A stretch of DNA of 64,000 bases from a virus, in IMG/VR virus record IMGVR_UViG_3300008266_000014, positions 1-64,000 of that record; one strand, written 5' to 3'. The notes beneath the pieces are model-generated. The model searched no databases and had not been told where the DNA came from. It saw only the letters and a list, made by a program, of their open reading frames with translations. A program made the position numbers and the translations under genes. The number at the start of each line of letters is the position of its first letter. Positions within the stretch are counted from its first letter, which is position 1. Below are positions 7,665-15,899 of the stretch, piece by piece.

Positions 7665-7982
7665 TTGTTGTAATTCCTTCAAAGTGAAGGCATTCTGGAC
7701 GTGGGTTCGACTCCCACCTAGTCCACCAGAAGTGTTGTTTAGGGTGATATGTAAGAGTTTAACAAGACTCTGAGGATTGGAATTCCTGACCTGTGAACAG
7801 CAGGACACTTCTGATGGGCTAGACATGGTTTCGACAGGGTGAGATAGCAGAGACGGCAACACGGTAGGCGATGACCGTAAATCAAGCAAAAAAAGTAACC
7901 GCAAATGATAGCGAGTACGCTCTAGCAGCTTAAGCTCTAGATGAGGTTTCGCCAGCTGTCCTTATCATCCAATCAGCTGGCA
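7665..7982 (+). ncRNA. ssrA: circularly permuted (two-piece) tmRNA
   Basis: Acceptor piece ends GTGGG-TTCGACT-CCCAC-CTAGTCC-A-CCA (7701-7728) and precedes the coding piece starting GGGCTAG..TGGTTTCGAC (7816). 7-bp acceptor stem with G3:U70. Tag frame ANDSEYALAA* at 7901-7933. Outer ends approximate. Confidence 0.93.
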
Positions 7983-7997
7983 TCACTCCAATCTTAT

Positions 7998-8669
7998 ATG
8001 TTTGAACAACGTCTATATCAAATTGTCAGAAATTCTGTTTCTGAAGATATGTGCTCTCTAATCGATCGCCAGGCTGAGATGGTGAGAAAATTTACTTATT
8101 TCAACGAGGGTATCGATCAATCGGACACAAACTATTTCTCTGACAATCTATGTAAAAATAGTTTTCCTTTGTATGGGTGGAGTTGTACAGATGCGTTATT
8201 GCAGATGTTACAGCCTAAGATAGAAGAAATTACTAAAAAGAAGCTTCTTCCAACATATAGCTATATGAGAATATATTATCCTGGCTCGGACATGAGGAGA
8301 CATATAGATAGACCGAGTTGTGAATACTCTGCGTCTCTATGCATATCAAATGATCCGGATCCCTGGGAACTGTGGGTTGAAAATCTAGAAGGTAGAAACT
8401 TACCTATATTACTATACCCAGGCGACATGCTGGTGTATAGTGGTGTAAAACTCCCACATTGGAGAACTCCTTATCAAGGCAACAGACAAACACAAGTTTT
8501 TTTTCATTATGTTGATGAGGAAGGCAAATATAAAGATTTCAAATATGATTGCAGGCAGGATCTAGGTATTGGATCTGCAGAAGATGCCAATTTGAAGTTA
8601 ATCGAACTATTTGATACACACGGAGACGAGCTTAGGAAAGACGCTAAGAGATTAGGTCTCACCGTATAA
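7998..8669 (+). CDS. 2OG-Fe(II) oxygenase-like protein
   Basis: LLPTYSYMRIY, HIDRPSCEYS, PGDMLVYSG..HWR and QVFFHYVD motifs; start moved to 7998 because ATG 7941 lies inside the tmRNA. Confidence 0.8.
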   Translation: MFEQRLYQIVRNSVSEDMCSLIDRQAEMVRKFTYFNEGIDQSDTNYFSDNLCKNSFPLYGWSCTDALLQMLQPKIEEITKKKLLPTYSYMRIYYPGSDMRRHIDRPSCEYSASLCISNDPDPWELWVENLEGRNLPILLYPGDMLVYSGVKLPHWRTPYQGNRQTQVFFHYVDEEGKYKDFKYDCRQDLGIGSAEDANLKLIELFDTHGDELRKDAKRLGLTV

Positions 8670-8673
8670 TTAT

Positions 8674-8681
8674 TATAAATA
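8674..8681 (+). promoter_or_regulatory. T4-type late promoter
   Basis: Exact TATAAATA in an intergenic region. Confidence 0.75.
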
Positions 8682-8826
8682 CCATTATCTACAATAGGGT
8701 CAACGGCCCAAAGCATTATGAGCAGTTCTTGATAAGGATGTCATTGTGATATTTAAAAATCTGGTAACTGAAAGTAGTATATCCTCGTATTCTAAATTTC
8801 CCGTAACAACAAAAGAGGAAGTAAAC

Positions 8827-9354
8827 ATGAAAAAGATAGTGTTAATAGCACTTCTTGGTTTATGTTCGCTTGTACTTGCTGATGACACGCAGTATGAAAC
8901 CGACACGTCATTGTTGTACACATCTAGCACATTCAGTCAAGTATCAGAACGACAAGTAGAGTGTTTAGCGAAGAACATGTATTTTGAAGCCAAGAATGAA
9001 CCCGAAGCAGGAATCAGAGCAGTTGGTTTTGTTACTCTCAATAGAGTATCTGATCCACACTTTCCGAAAACAATCTGTGAGGTAGTGTACCAAAAAGAAA
9101 GAAGTATGTGCCAATTCTCATGGGTATGTTCTCGTGGCAAGAATCCCAAGATTGATGATCCAAGTAGGTATCGGTGGATTAGACAACTTGCATCTGATAT
9201 AATATACAACTACTCCGATGAAGATGCTAAAGACCCCAGCAAAGGATCTTTATTCTTTCACGCAACATACATCAATCCCAACTGGAAGTTGAAAAAGACC
9301 GTTCGCATAGGTCAGCACGTCTTCTATAAGAGACCAACAAGGAAAACTCAATGA
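8827..9354 (+). CDS. SleB-type cell wall hydrolase (Hydrolase_2) with signal peptide
   Basis: CLAKNMYFEA, NRV..P.FPKTICEVVYQ, CQFSW, IGQHVFY; GAGG SD before ATG 8827. Confidence 0.9.
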   Translation: MKKIVLIALLGLCSLVLADDTQYETDTSLLYTSSTFSQVSERQVECLAKNMYFEAKNEPEAGIRAVGFVTLNRVSDPHFPKTICEVVYQKERSMCQFSWVCSRGKNPKIDDPSRYRWIRQLASDIIYNYSDEDAKDPSKGSLFFHATYINPNWKLKKTVRIGQHVFYKRPTRKTQ

Positions 9355-9587
9355 TTCAGGATCTTAACTTTGTTAGTATTGTTGAGTTCTCAAAAGAAAT
9401 AGAAAAACTTGTCAGTGAAAAGAAGATGGAGTACATTGATGCTGTTGTTTATTTCTGTGATAAAAATAGCATCGATATAGAAACAGCTGCTTCGCTAATT
9501 AAAAATAACTCCAAGCTCAAGGCGTCTATCCAAGAAGAGGCTGAGCAACTTAACTATTTGCCTAAGACACAAAAGCTACCACTATGA
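9351..9587 (+). CDS. 33: late transcription coactivator gp33
   Basis: F..EIEKLV....YIDAV..FC....ID.E...LK..I..EAEQLNYL pattern; order 33-59-32. Confidence 0.85.
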   Translation: MIQDLNFVSIVEFSKEIEKLVSEKKMEYIDAVVYFCDKNSIDIETAASLIKNNSKLKASIQEEAEQLNYLPKTQKLPL

Positions 9588-10174
9588 CTGATTATGAAGC
9601 GTATAAACTGTACTGTGCGCTCAAAAGACATTTTCAGTTAGATTCATACGACTATTTTAAGTATCTTGGAAAGATAAAAGTATCGTATGGTGCTTTTGAG
9701 AAAAGAAACGACAAGTACTTCTTTTCGAAGCTAGCAAAACATAAAGATCCTATTGGCTTCCTTGTTGCAAATCTCTATCAAAACGGAGATCTCTGGATAG
9801 GAGATCTTGTTAATGAGAATGCAACGGAAAAGAACTATAGAGATTGGTTGAAGAAGATTCAATCCCTGAGTTACTTTTTTAAGAATGATCTAGAACAGAT
9901 AGACAATCTTAAAGAAGAATACAAGGTCAAGAATCGTCAGCACCCTCAGTTGTTCAGGCGTTATCTCAGCAAACAAATAACGGCTGAAACCCTAATCATC
10001 ATTGACAAGTTAAATAAGAGTTGTCTTTTTAGGTACTGGGATCAGAATCTTGACGATCCAGTCTGGAAATCAGAGGGTGTAAAATTATCTAAATTATCGC
10101 CATTTATTTCGGTTGATCTAGATAAATACAGAAGTATAATAGAAGAGTCTCAGGCTCATTCTGTTGTGCAGTAG
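9584..10174 (+). CDS. 59: helicase loader gp59
   Basis: Y.ALKRHF...YDYFKY.GK, KRNDKYFF.KL; synteny. Confidence 0.85.
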   Translation: MTDYEAYKLYCALKRHFQLDSYDYFKYLGKIKVSYGAFEKRNDKYFFSKLAKHKDPIGFLVANLYQNGDLWIGDLVNENATEKNYRDWLKKIQSLSYFFKNDLEQIDNLKEEYKVKNRQHPQLFRRYLSKQITAETLIIIDKLNKSCLFRYWDQNLDDPVWKSEGVKLSKLSPFISVDLDKYRSIIEESQAHSVVQ

Positions 10175-10232
10175 ATCATGAGTCTGTGGATACGAAACAT
10201 ATACAAACATATATTTAAATAAGGAAAATACG

Positions 10233-11159
10233 ATGTCATTTTCAAATCTCAAAAAGTCTTCCAAGTCGTCCCTCGAAAAGCTCACTCAGCAAGTTCAGAA
10301 GCTATCAAATCCAGAAGGTAACACTCGCGAACAAGACACTCGTTTCTGGCAACCAGAAGTTGATAAGTCTGGTAATGGATATGCTGTGATTCGCTTCCTA
10401 CCTGCACCTGATGGTGAAGATGTGCCTTTTGTTCGTATCTTCGATCACGGATTCAAAGGTCCTGGTGGTCAGTGGTATATCGAGAAATCACTAACTACAA
10501 TTGGTAAGGCTGATCCTGTCTCGGAGTACAATACCCAACTATGGGCAACTGGTACAAAAGAAAATCAAGATCAGGTTCGCAAGCAAAAGCGTAAGCTGAA
10601 TTTCATCTCGAACATCTACGTTGTAAGCGACAAATCTCATCCAGAAAACGAAGGCAAGGTATTCTTGTTCAAGTACGGCAAGAAGATCTTTGACAAGTTG
10701 AACGCAGCAATGAATCCAGAGTTCGAGGACGAGGATCCAATTAATCCATTTGATCTTTGGGCGGGTGCAAACTTCAAACTGAAGATTCGTAATGTTGAGG
10801 GGTATCGCAACTACGATAAATCAGAGTTTGAAGAGCAATCACCTTTACTCGATGATGACTCGGAGCTCGAGTCTATCTGGAAGCAGGAACACTCTCTACA
10901 GGAGTTCCTCGATGAGAAACACTTCAAACCTTATGATGATTTGAAGCAAAAGCTCTATCGAGTGCTTGCCCTTGATGGTAGTGGTTCAACAAAACCAGTT
11001 CAAAATGCATCTCAGCGTACTATCGTTGATGAAGAGGATTTTGAACAGTTGGCCAAACCAGCAAAGAGTGCTAAGCCAGCTTCTAAACCCAAGCAAGATG
11101 CTCCTTGGGATGAGGATGAAGATCTCGAAGCGTTTAAGTCGTTAATCAACGACGACTAA
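10233..11159 (+). CDS. 32: single-stranded DNA-binding protein gp32
   Basis: DKSGNGYAVIRFLPAP, YGKKIFDK, GANFKLKIR..GYRNYDKSEF, acidic tail. Confidence 0.97.
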   Translation: MSFSNLKKSSKSSLEKLTQQVQKLSNPEGNTREQDTRFWQPEVDKSGNGYAVIRFLPAPDGEDVPFVRIFDHGFKGPGGQWYIEKSLTTIGKADPVSEYNTQLWATGTKENQDQVRKQKRKLNFISNIYVVSDKSHPENEGKVFLFKYGKKIFDKLNAAMNPEFEDEDPINPFDLWAGANFKLKIRNVEGYRNYDKSEFEEQSPLLDDDSELESIWKQEHSLQEFLDEKHFKPYDDLKQKLYRVLALDGSGSTKPVQNASQRTIVDEEDFEQLAKPAKSAKPASKPKQDAPWDEDEDLEAFKSLINDD

Positions 11160-11163
11160 AAAG

Positions 11164-11187
11164 AAAGGGGCCAGATGGCCCCTTTTT
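11164..11187. terminator. bidirectional terminator between convergent genes
   Basis: AAAGGGGCC-AGAT-GGCCCCTTT flanked by A and T runs. Confidence 0.85.
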
Positions 11188-11188
11188 A

Positions 11189-13687
11189 TTATGCTAATCC
11201 AGCTAATGTCTTATGTTCAAATTTGTTTCTTGCCATTACTGGATAAACATCCTTTGACGCACCAGCTGACGAGGAACTTGTATTGTTGTTTGTGATGTTG
11301 TTTATAACAGTGGAATGTGGAGCGTTCATACCATCACCAGCTTCAAGTTTTTGAAGGTCGATAACATCTCTTGTTATTCTGAGGGTATCTACTAATGTGT
11401 TTTTCAGAGCTTCTGGATCACTTTCTGAGTACTTCCCCTTCATTTGCTCTCTTATGGATTTGGATCTTTCGTCCATATAATCTCCTACTTTATTCCTCAC
11501 ACTTTCAATAACATCTACACCTCTGGACGTGATAAGTGGTGTTTCGAGGATTCCATCATCCTTGGTGAGCTCTGGTAAAAGCTCTTTTATTCTGTCTAAC
11601 GCTTTCTTTCTTTGAATCTCTGTCTTAGGAATAATTTTACCTTCTTCACTAATAAGTCTTGCTGATTCAGTACCGCTTTCTTTTTTCATAGCAACAAGGT
11701 ATTCTCTCAGTTCTTTTTCGGCTTTGGGTGTTCGGAATGCTTCCCATTGCCCTTTCATAATCTTCGTGAATTCATCCACATCAATCGTACCGTCCATATA
11801 CTGTTGGTATGCCCTTCCAATCAGACTCACGAACAGTTTATCCTGTAGTGCTTTATCAAATATAGCATCGTCTTTCACTCCCATCGTGCTCAGAAGAGCA
11901 GCAAGGGTTGTCTCTGTAAACTGATATCTTCCAATCGCGCCTGTTCCAACTACCTTTCCAGTCTTGTCACTCTTACCAATACCAGCTTCTCTCGTCATCC
12001 TTACCTGCTCAGCCTGGAGCTTTTTAATTTCTCCAACAGTCATTTCAGTAATTGGTTTCCCAGAATCAACAAAAGGCTTACCAGTTTTAGGATTCAAAAA
12101 CATCTGGTTGTAACCAGCAGGACCGCTTTCGTATCTTTGTATAAATCCTGCAAGTCCAGATATACTTTCTCCAGAAGTTCTTGTCGTCTGGGATCCAGTT
12201 ACCGTGCTTGTATCAGTTCCAGGAGCAATCTGAACTTCGTTGTCGCGCATCAGCCTAGTTTTTAGATCATTGACCATCTTTTCGTATGTGTCACGTCTCT
12301 CGACATACACGTCTGGAAAATCTATAGTTTCTTTTGAGATAGTACCTACCATCATTCTAACAAATGCAACCTGATCTCCTTTACCGGTTCCTTTTGCTCT
12401 ATACACCCATCTCTTACTAACAACCAGTACTGAGCCTGGTCTGAGATCCTTGTTATCAAGTCTTTCATTACCAGCATCACGTAGAGCGTATGCAAGGGCT
12501 ACCATGTTAGGATCACTATCGCTTGACATGAACTCCCTTCTCTTTGGGTTATCCTTGGAGTTCAACATACCAACTCCACGATCATCCTCCCAAGATTCGA
12601 AAGATATATTACCGCCAGATGGTTCAAGAGCAAGTAATGCCACCCCAGCAACATTTAAACCTTTACCTGCAACAGTCAACGCTTGAGATCCTATCGCTCT
12701 CATTCCTGCAGTTACTCTTTGCCCAGTCGTCATCGCTGGAGATGTTCTTAGTATAGGTCTTCCACTGGCATCAACAATTGCTTTCCCAGCTTCACCAACA
12801 AAAACATTCTCTGCAAGAGATACCCCAGCCTTTTCTGCGAACTCTGCAGCACCCCTTGCCCCCATTGATTCACCTAAGGTTCTACCAGTTGCCATAGCAC
12901 CAACTCCTCCACCACCGGCTGCAAGTAGTTGAGAAAGCTGCCTAGTCATCACTCCTTTAAAGATCGTGGTTGTGACAACACCAGCAACGATAGATCCAAG
13001 TATAGCTAGAATTTGAGGAGAAAGATATGCACCCAGTGCAGCTGCAATAGCTGTTTTAGGATTCTCTTTTGCAAAATCAAACAGGTCTTGAGCATAAGAA
13101 GAAACTACTTTCATAGACTCGCTTATAATGTCAAAGAATACACTAAGTTTTTTTCCAATCTTATCTAACATTGGAAATCTTAGATCTAGATCGTCATATG
13201 CTTTTTTGATCTGTTGAACTGTCTTTATTATACCAGCTACGAGGCCATCAAAAGTATTCTCAACAAAGGAGAAGAGTTTACTGAACAACTTTCCAAATGA
13301 GCTGGAGAGCTTAGATTTTGTATCACCCGACATGCTGTCCCAAAGGAAGATCTTAGCGAACACTCCTCCAATAGCTAGTGGTAGAGATTTAATTAATCCA
13401 TCGACAATAGCAGCAGAGAGGTTAGTTACACCGGAAGCTGCTGCTCCCACGGCAGCGCCTCCTGTTTTACTTACAGCATTAACAAGACTGGTAACGGTTG
13501 ATGTTAATTTATTTCCCAAGCTGTTTATACTAGAAACAAGTTTCTCGTTACTTCTTAACACGCTTCTTTGATAATTGAGCATCGAAGTCTGATATCTTTG
13601 ATCAGCGGACTGCTGCCTAATTTGCTGAAGACGTAATGCTCGCATCTCCTTAAGCTGCTGTACAAAACTATCTGTATTAGTTGCCAT
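11189..13687 (-). CDS. tape-measure-like / hub protein with lysozyme-like domain
   Basis: Ala/Gly-rich helical N-terminal half; ES...YN and GAIGRYQF..TL muramidase-like motifs; NNITNNN near the C-terminus; follows gp26/gp51. Confidence 0.65.
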   Translation of the reverse strand: MATNTDSFVQQLKEMRALRLQQIRQQSADQRYQTSMLNYQRSVLRSNEKLVSSINSLGNKLTSTVTSLVNAVSKTGGAAVGAAASGVTNLSAAIVDGLIKSLPLAIGGVFAKIFLWDSMSGDTKSKLSSSFGKLFSKLFSFVENTFDGLVAGIIKTVQQIKKAYDDLDLRFPMLDKIGKKLSVFFDIISESMKVVSSYAQDLFDFAKENPKTAIAAALGAYLSPQILAILGSIVAGVVTTTIFKGVMTRQLSQLLAAGGGGVGAMATGRTLGESMGARGAAEFAEKAGVSLAENVFVGEAGKAIVDASGRPILRTSPAMTTGQRVTAGMRAIGSQALTVAGKGLNVAGVALLALEPSGGNISFESWEDDRGVGMLNSKDNPKRREFMSSDSDPNMVALAYALRDAGNERLDNKDLRPGSVLVVSKRWVYRAKGTGKGDQVAFVRMMVGTISKETIDFPDVYVERRDTYEKMVNDLKTRLMRDNEVQIAPGTDTSTVTGSQTTRTSGESISGLAGFIQRYESGPAGYNQMFLNPKTGKPFVDSGKPITEMTVGEIKKLQAEQVRMTREAGIGKSDKTGKVVGTGAIGRYQFTETTLAALLSTMGVKDDAIFDKALQDKLFVSLIGRAYQQYMDGTIDVDEFTKIMKGQWEAFRTPKAEKELREYLVAMKKESGTESARLISEEGKIIPKTEIQRKKALDRIKELLPELTKDDGILETPLITSRGVDVIESVRNKVGDYMDERSKSIREQMKGKYSESDPEALKNTLVDTLRITRDVIDLQKLEAGDGMNAPHSTVINNITNNNTSSSSAGASKDVYPVMARNKFEHKTLAGLA

Positions 13688-13850
13688 TCTTTGCTATTTC
13701 CTCTTGGTTTTTAACGTGCTGTTTTAACAGTTCTAGATATATGTCTTTTTCAAAAGGTATGAGATTTTCTACTTCAGCTATTGAATAGTGGTGATGCTGA
13801 GCCAACACAAAAACTACCTTATAATAGTTTTCTAAATTATTGTGACTCAG
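13677..13850 (-). CDS. 51: gp51-like baseplate hub assembly protein (no ATG; possibly the frameshift extension of gp26)
   Basis: Reads LSHNNLENYYKVVFVLAQHHHYSIAEVENLIPFEKDIYLELL...; not in the ORF track. Confidence 0.8.
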   Translation of the reverse strand: MSHNNLENYYKVVFVLAQHHHYSIAEVENLIPFEKDIYLELLKQHVKNQEEIAKNGN

Positions 13851-14557
13851 CCCAACATAAAAAAATCTTCAATAGATTTAAACTCAATTTCTCTCTCTGT
13901 TCCCTTTTCATTGGTGTAACTTATTTTGTGGTACAGTTTTGGCATCGTATCAAAAAACTTTTCGAAACTTTTAAGCACATTGGTTGGTAGACTTTCAATA
14001 AAGACATCTACTTCTTCTGGTTTAGAGTCCTTGAAATAATGGATATGATCTTCTTCAAAATAATGGTCCATGCACCCTCTGATCATGAAAAACAAGATGT
14101 CTGCAACATCATCTTGGGAAACAACATCGGTCATCAGTCTTGCACTGGGGTATCTCATAACAATCCCAGATGTGTCAGATAATTGGATAACTCGATTGTG
14201 TTCATCGTTTTCCTTGACTTTGATATCATCAACTAGAATACTAAAGTCATAGGTTTTTTCATCTTCTGGATCAACGTATGTTATTTCTATTGCTTCACCG
14301 ATTGATTTTGCTCTAAGCTGTAAAAACAAGTATTCTAGGTCAAAAGAAGCCAACTCTTTTGGGTTCAGCACTTCCTCTACGTCGCAGTTGACAATAACTT
14401 GCTGGACTACGTTAATAATATCTTGCTGCTCTCCACTTTGTTTTGCCATGAGCAATAGTTTTTCTTCTTTAACAAGAAATGGTCTGAAAGTTACCTTTTG
14501 TTTTGTTGATGGAATAGTCAACTCAAAGGTTGGATGCATTAATTTTGGTAAAGCCAT
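13847..14557 (-). CDS. 26: baseplate hub subunit/chaperone gp26
   Basis: MALPKL..P.FELTIPS, FRPFLVKEEKLLL, LRAKSIGE, FF..MPKL. Confidence 0.92.
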   Translation of the reverse strand: MALPKLMHPTFELTIPSTKQKVTFRPFLVKEEKLLLMAKQSGEQQDIINVVQQVIVNCDVEEVLNPKELASFDLEYLFLQLRAKSIGEAIEITYVDPEDEKTYDFSILVDDIKVKENDEHNRVIQLSDTSGIVMRYPSARLMTDVVSQDDVADILFFMIRGCMDHYFEEDHIHYFKDSKPEEVDVFIESLPTNVLKSFEKFFDTMPKLYHKISYTNEKGTEREIEFKSIEDFFMLG

Positions 14558-14577
14558 AATAATCTCCTGATATAATT

Positions 14578-15357
14578 TTAAAATATTCCACCAAACAGAC
14601 CGCTAGACGAACTATCTGCAGCTGCTTGTTCAGCCAAACCTAGTCTGTAATTATGATATGCAAATGTTACAGTAAATGTTGAGTATGCGTCTGTGGAACT
14701 TGATGATAAACCAACCTCACTCATTGCAATTGGATATGCTTTAAGAAGTGCAATCCTTCTAATTGGCTCCAACTGAAATTCTGGAGCGGCCCTGCTTCCA
14801 AACAAAGAACCAACAAAAGGAACTCCTAGTCCAGAAGAAATTGCAGAAAGAGCTAACTGTCCTAAACCAGATCCTCCGAACTTGCCAGGCGAACCTCTAT
14901 AGGTGGTTATGTTAATTTCTGACACATATGTGTCTTGATATGAAAGGACAAAAGCAGGGTTAGCTACTTCTTCACCATCAATCTCGCTTGGCGTACCAGC
15001 TGCAGGAATTCTGTTATCTGCAGGATTTATTGACCTGATCCAGTTGTAAAAAAGAGTATAAAGTCTAGCTGATGCGTCGTTAATATACGTTATACTGACT
15101 GTATTATTGAATTCAACACCTACAGGCATTAACTGATTGGGTCCAAACCCATATCTTTTTACGGGATTGGTTGAAATACGAATATCAGGCATCGATACAT
15201 TCTGAGCAAAAAGACGCAACGGATTATAGAGAGAACTCATATATTCCTGAAGATCAGGATGCATGCTTCTAGGCATGTAAATGTACGTTGTAAAAAGATT
15301 AGGTCTTTCTACATCATACTTTTGTATTTCTGATTTGAACTTGTTAATGTCTAGCAT
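14578..15357 (-). CDS. tail-tube-family protein (gp54/gp19-like tube initiator)
   Basis: RPNLF, VSMP, YP..MSEV.L and TFTVTFAY tube-fold motifs. Confidence 0.65.
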   Translation of the reverse strand: MLDINKFKSEIQKYDVERPNLFTTYIYMPRSMHPDLQEYMSSLYNPLRLFAQNVSMPDIRISTNPVKRYGFGPNQLMPVGVEFNNTVSITYINDASARLYTLFYNWIRSINPADNRIPAAGTPSEIDGEEVANPAFVLSYQDTYVSEINITTYRGSPGKFGGSGLGQLALSAISSGLGVPFVGSLFGSRAAPEFQLEPIRRIALLKAYPIAMSEVGLSSSSTDAYSTFTVTFAYHNYRLGLAEQAAADSSSSGLFGGIF

Positions 15358-15899
15358 TATTTCTTCTTGTAAACAAAATCCTCTAGTGGAAGCACTAGCG
15401 CTTTAGTCCATTCTTGGGGTGATACCAATAGAAATCTGGATCTTACGTGGCTATTTAGATACCGCTTCACACAGGGTTCATAAAGTTTTGATTTTGCAAC
15501 AGATTTTAACAATCTATAGCTTAAATTCAATCTCATACTATCGGTGAATGTTTTATTGTTCGCAAGACCCATTAGACTATCAAGAAGCCTTGCCCTTTGA
15601 ACATAAGGGATATAATGGAAGTTTAATCCGTAGAACCCACCTTCCGCATAATCAAAAGGAAATATAAGAGGAAACCTATCATAAAGAGGAAGAACATCTT
15701 TCCACTTGGGATCGTAGTGAAAAAGATACATTTTCCCGATTACGATCTTTTTCGTAAGTCTTTCAGGTTCACCTTTTTGAATTAAAGCTCTCGTGTCAAG
15801 TTTGTCTAATTCTTGAAACGTATTAACAAACCAATCGGAAGCATCTTTAATGTTTCCCTTGGTCATTGCCTGCCTTAGTGTTTGGCTATATGTTGCCAT
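15357..15899 (-). CDS. 2: DNA end protector gp2
   Basis: GKMYLFHYDPK.K..LPLYDRFPL, GLNFHY, CVKRYL..HVRSRF. Confidence 0.92.
   Translation of the reverse strand: MATYSQTLRQAMTKGNIKDASDWFVNTFQELDKLDTRALIQKGEPERLTKKIVIGKMYLFHYDPKWKDVLPLYDRFPLIFPFDYAEGGFYGLNFHYIPYVQRARLLDSLMGLANNKTFTDSMRLNLSYRLLKSVAKSKLYEPCVKRYLNSHVRSRFLLVSPQEWTKALVLPLEDFVYKKK

Noticed and set aside
7575-7904. 109-aa minus-strand ORF
   Set aside because: Antisense shadow of the tmRNA locus with no protein features
7941-7997. Track start of the 242-aa ORF
   Set aside because: Lies inside the tmRNA pseudoknot; ATG 7998 is more plausible
8746-8826. N-terminal extension of the SleB ORF
   Set aside because: The signal peptide and SD indicate a start at 8827
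8682-8826. Glutamine (glnA) riboswitch or hammerhead ribozyme upstream of SleB
   Set aside because: Core consensus nucleotides are not visible; kept only as an unclassified leader
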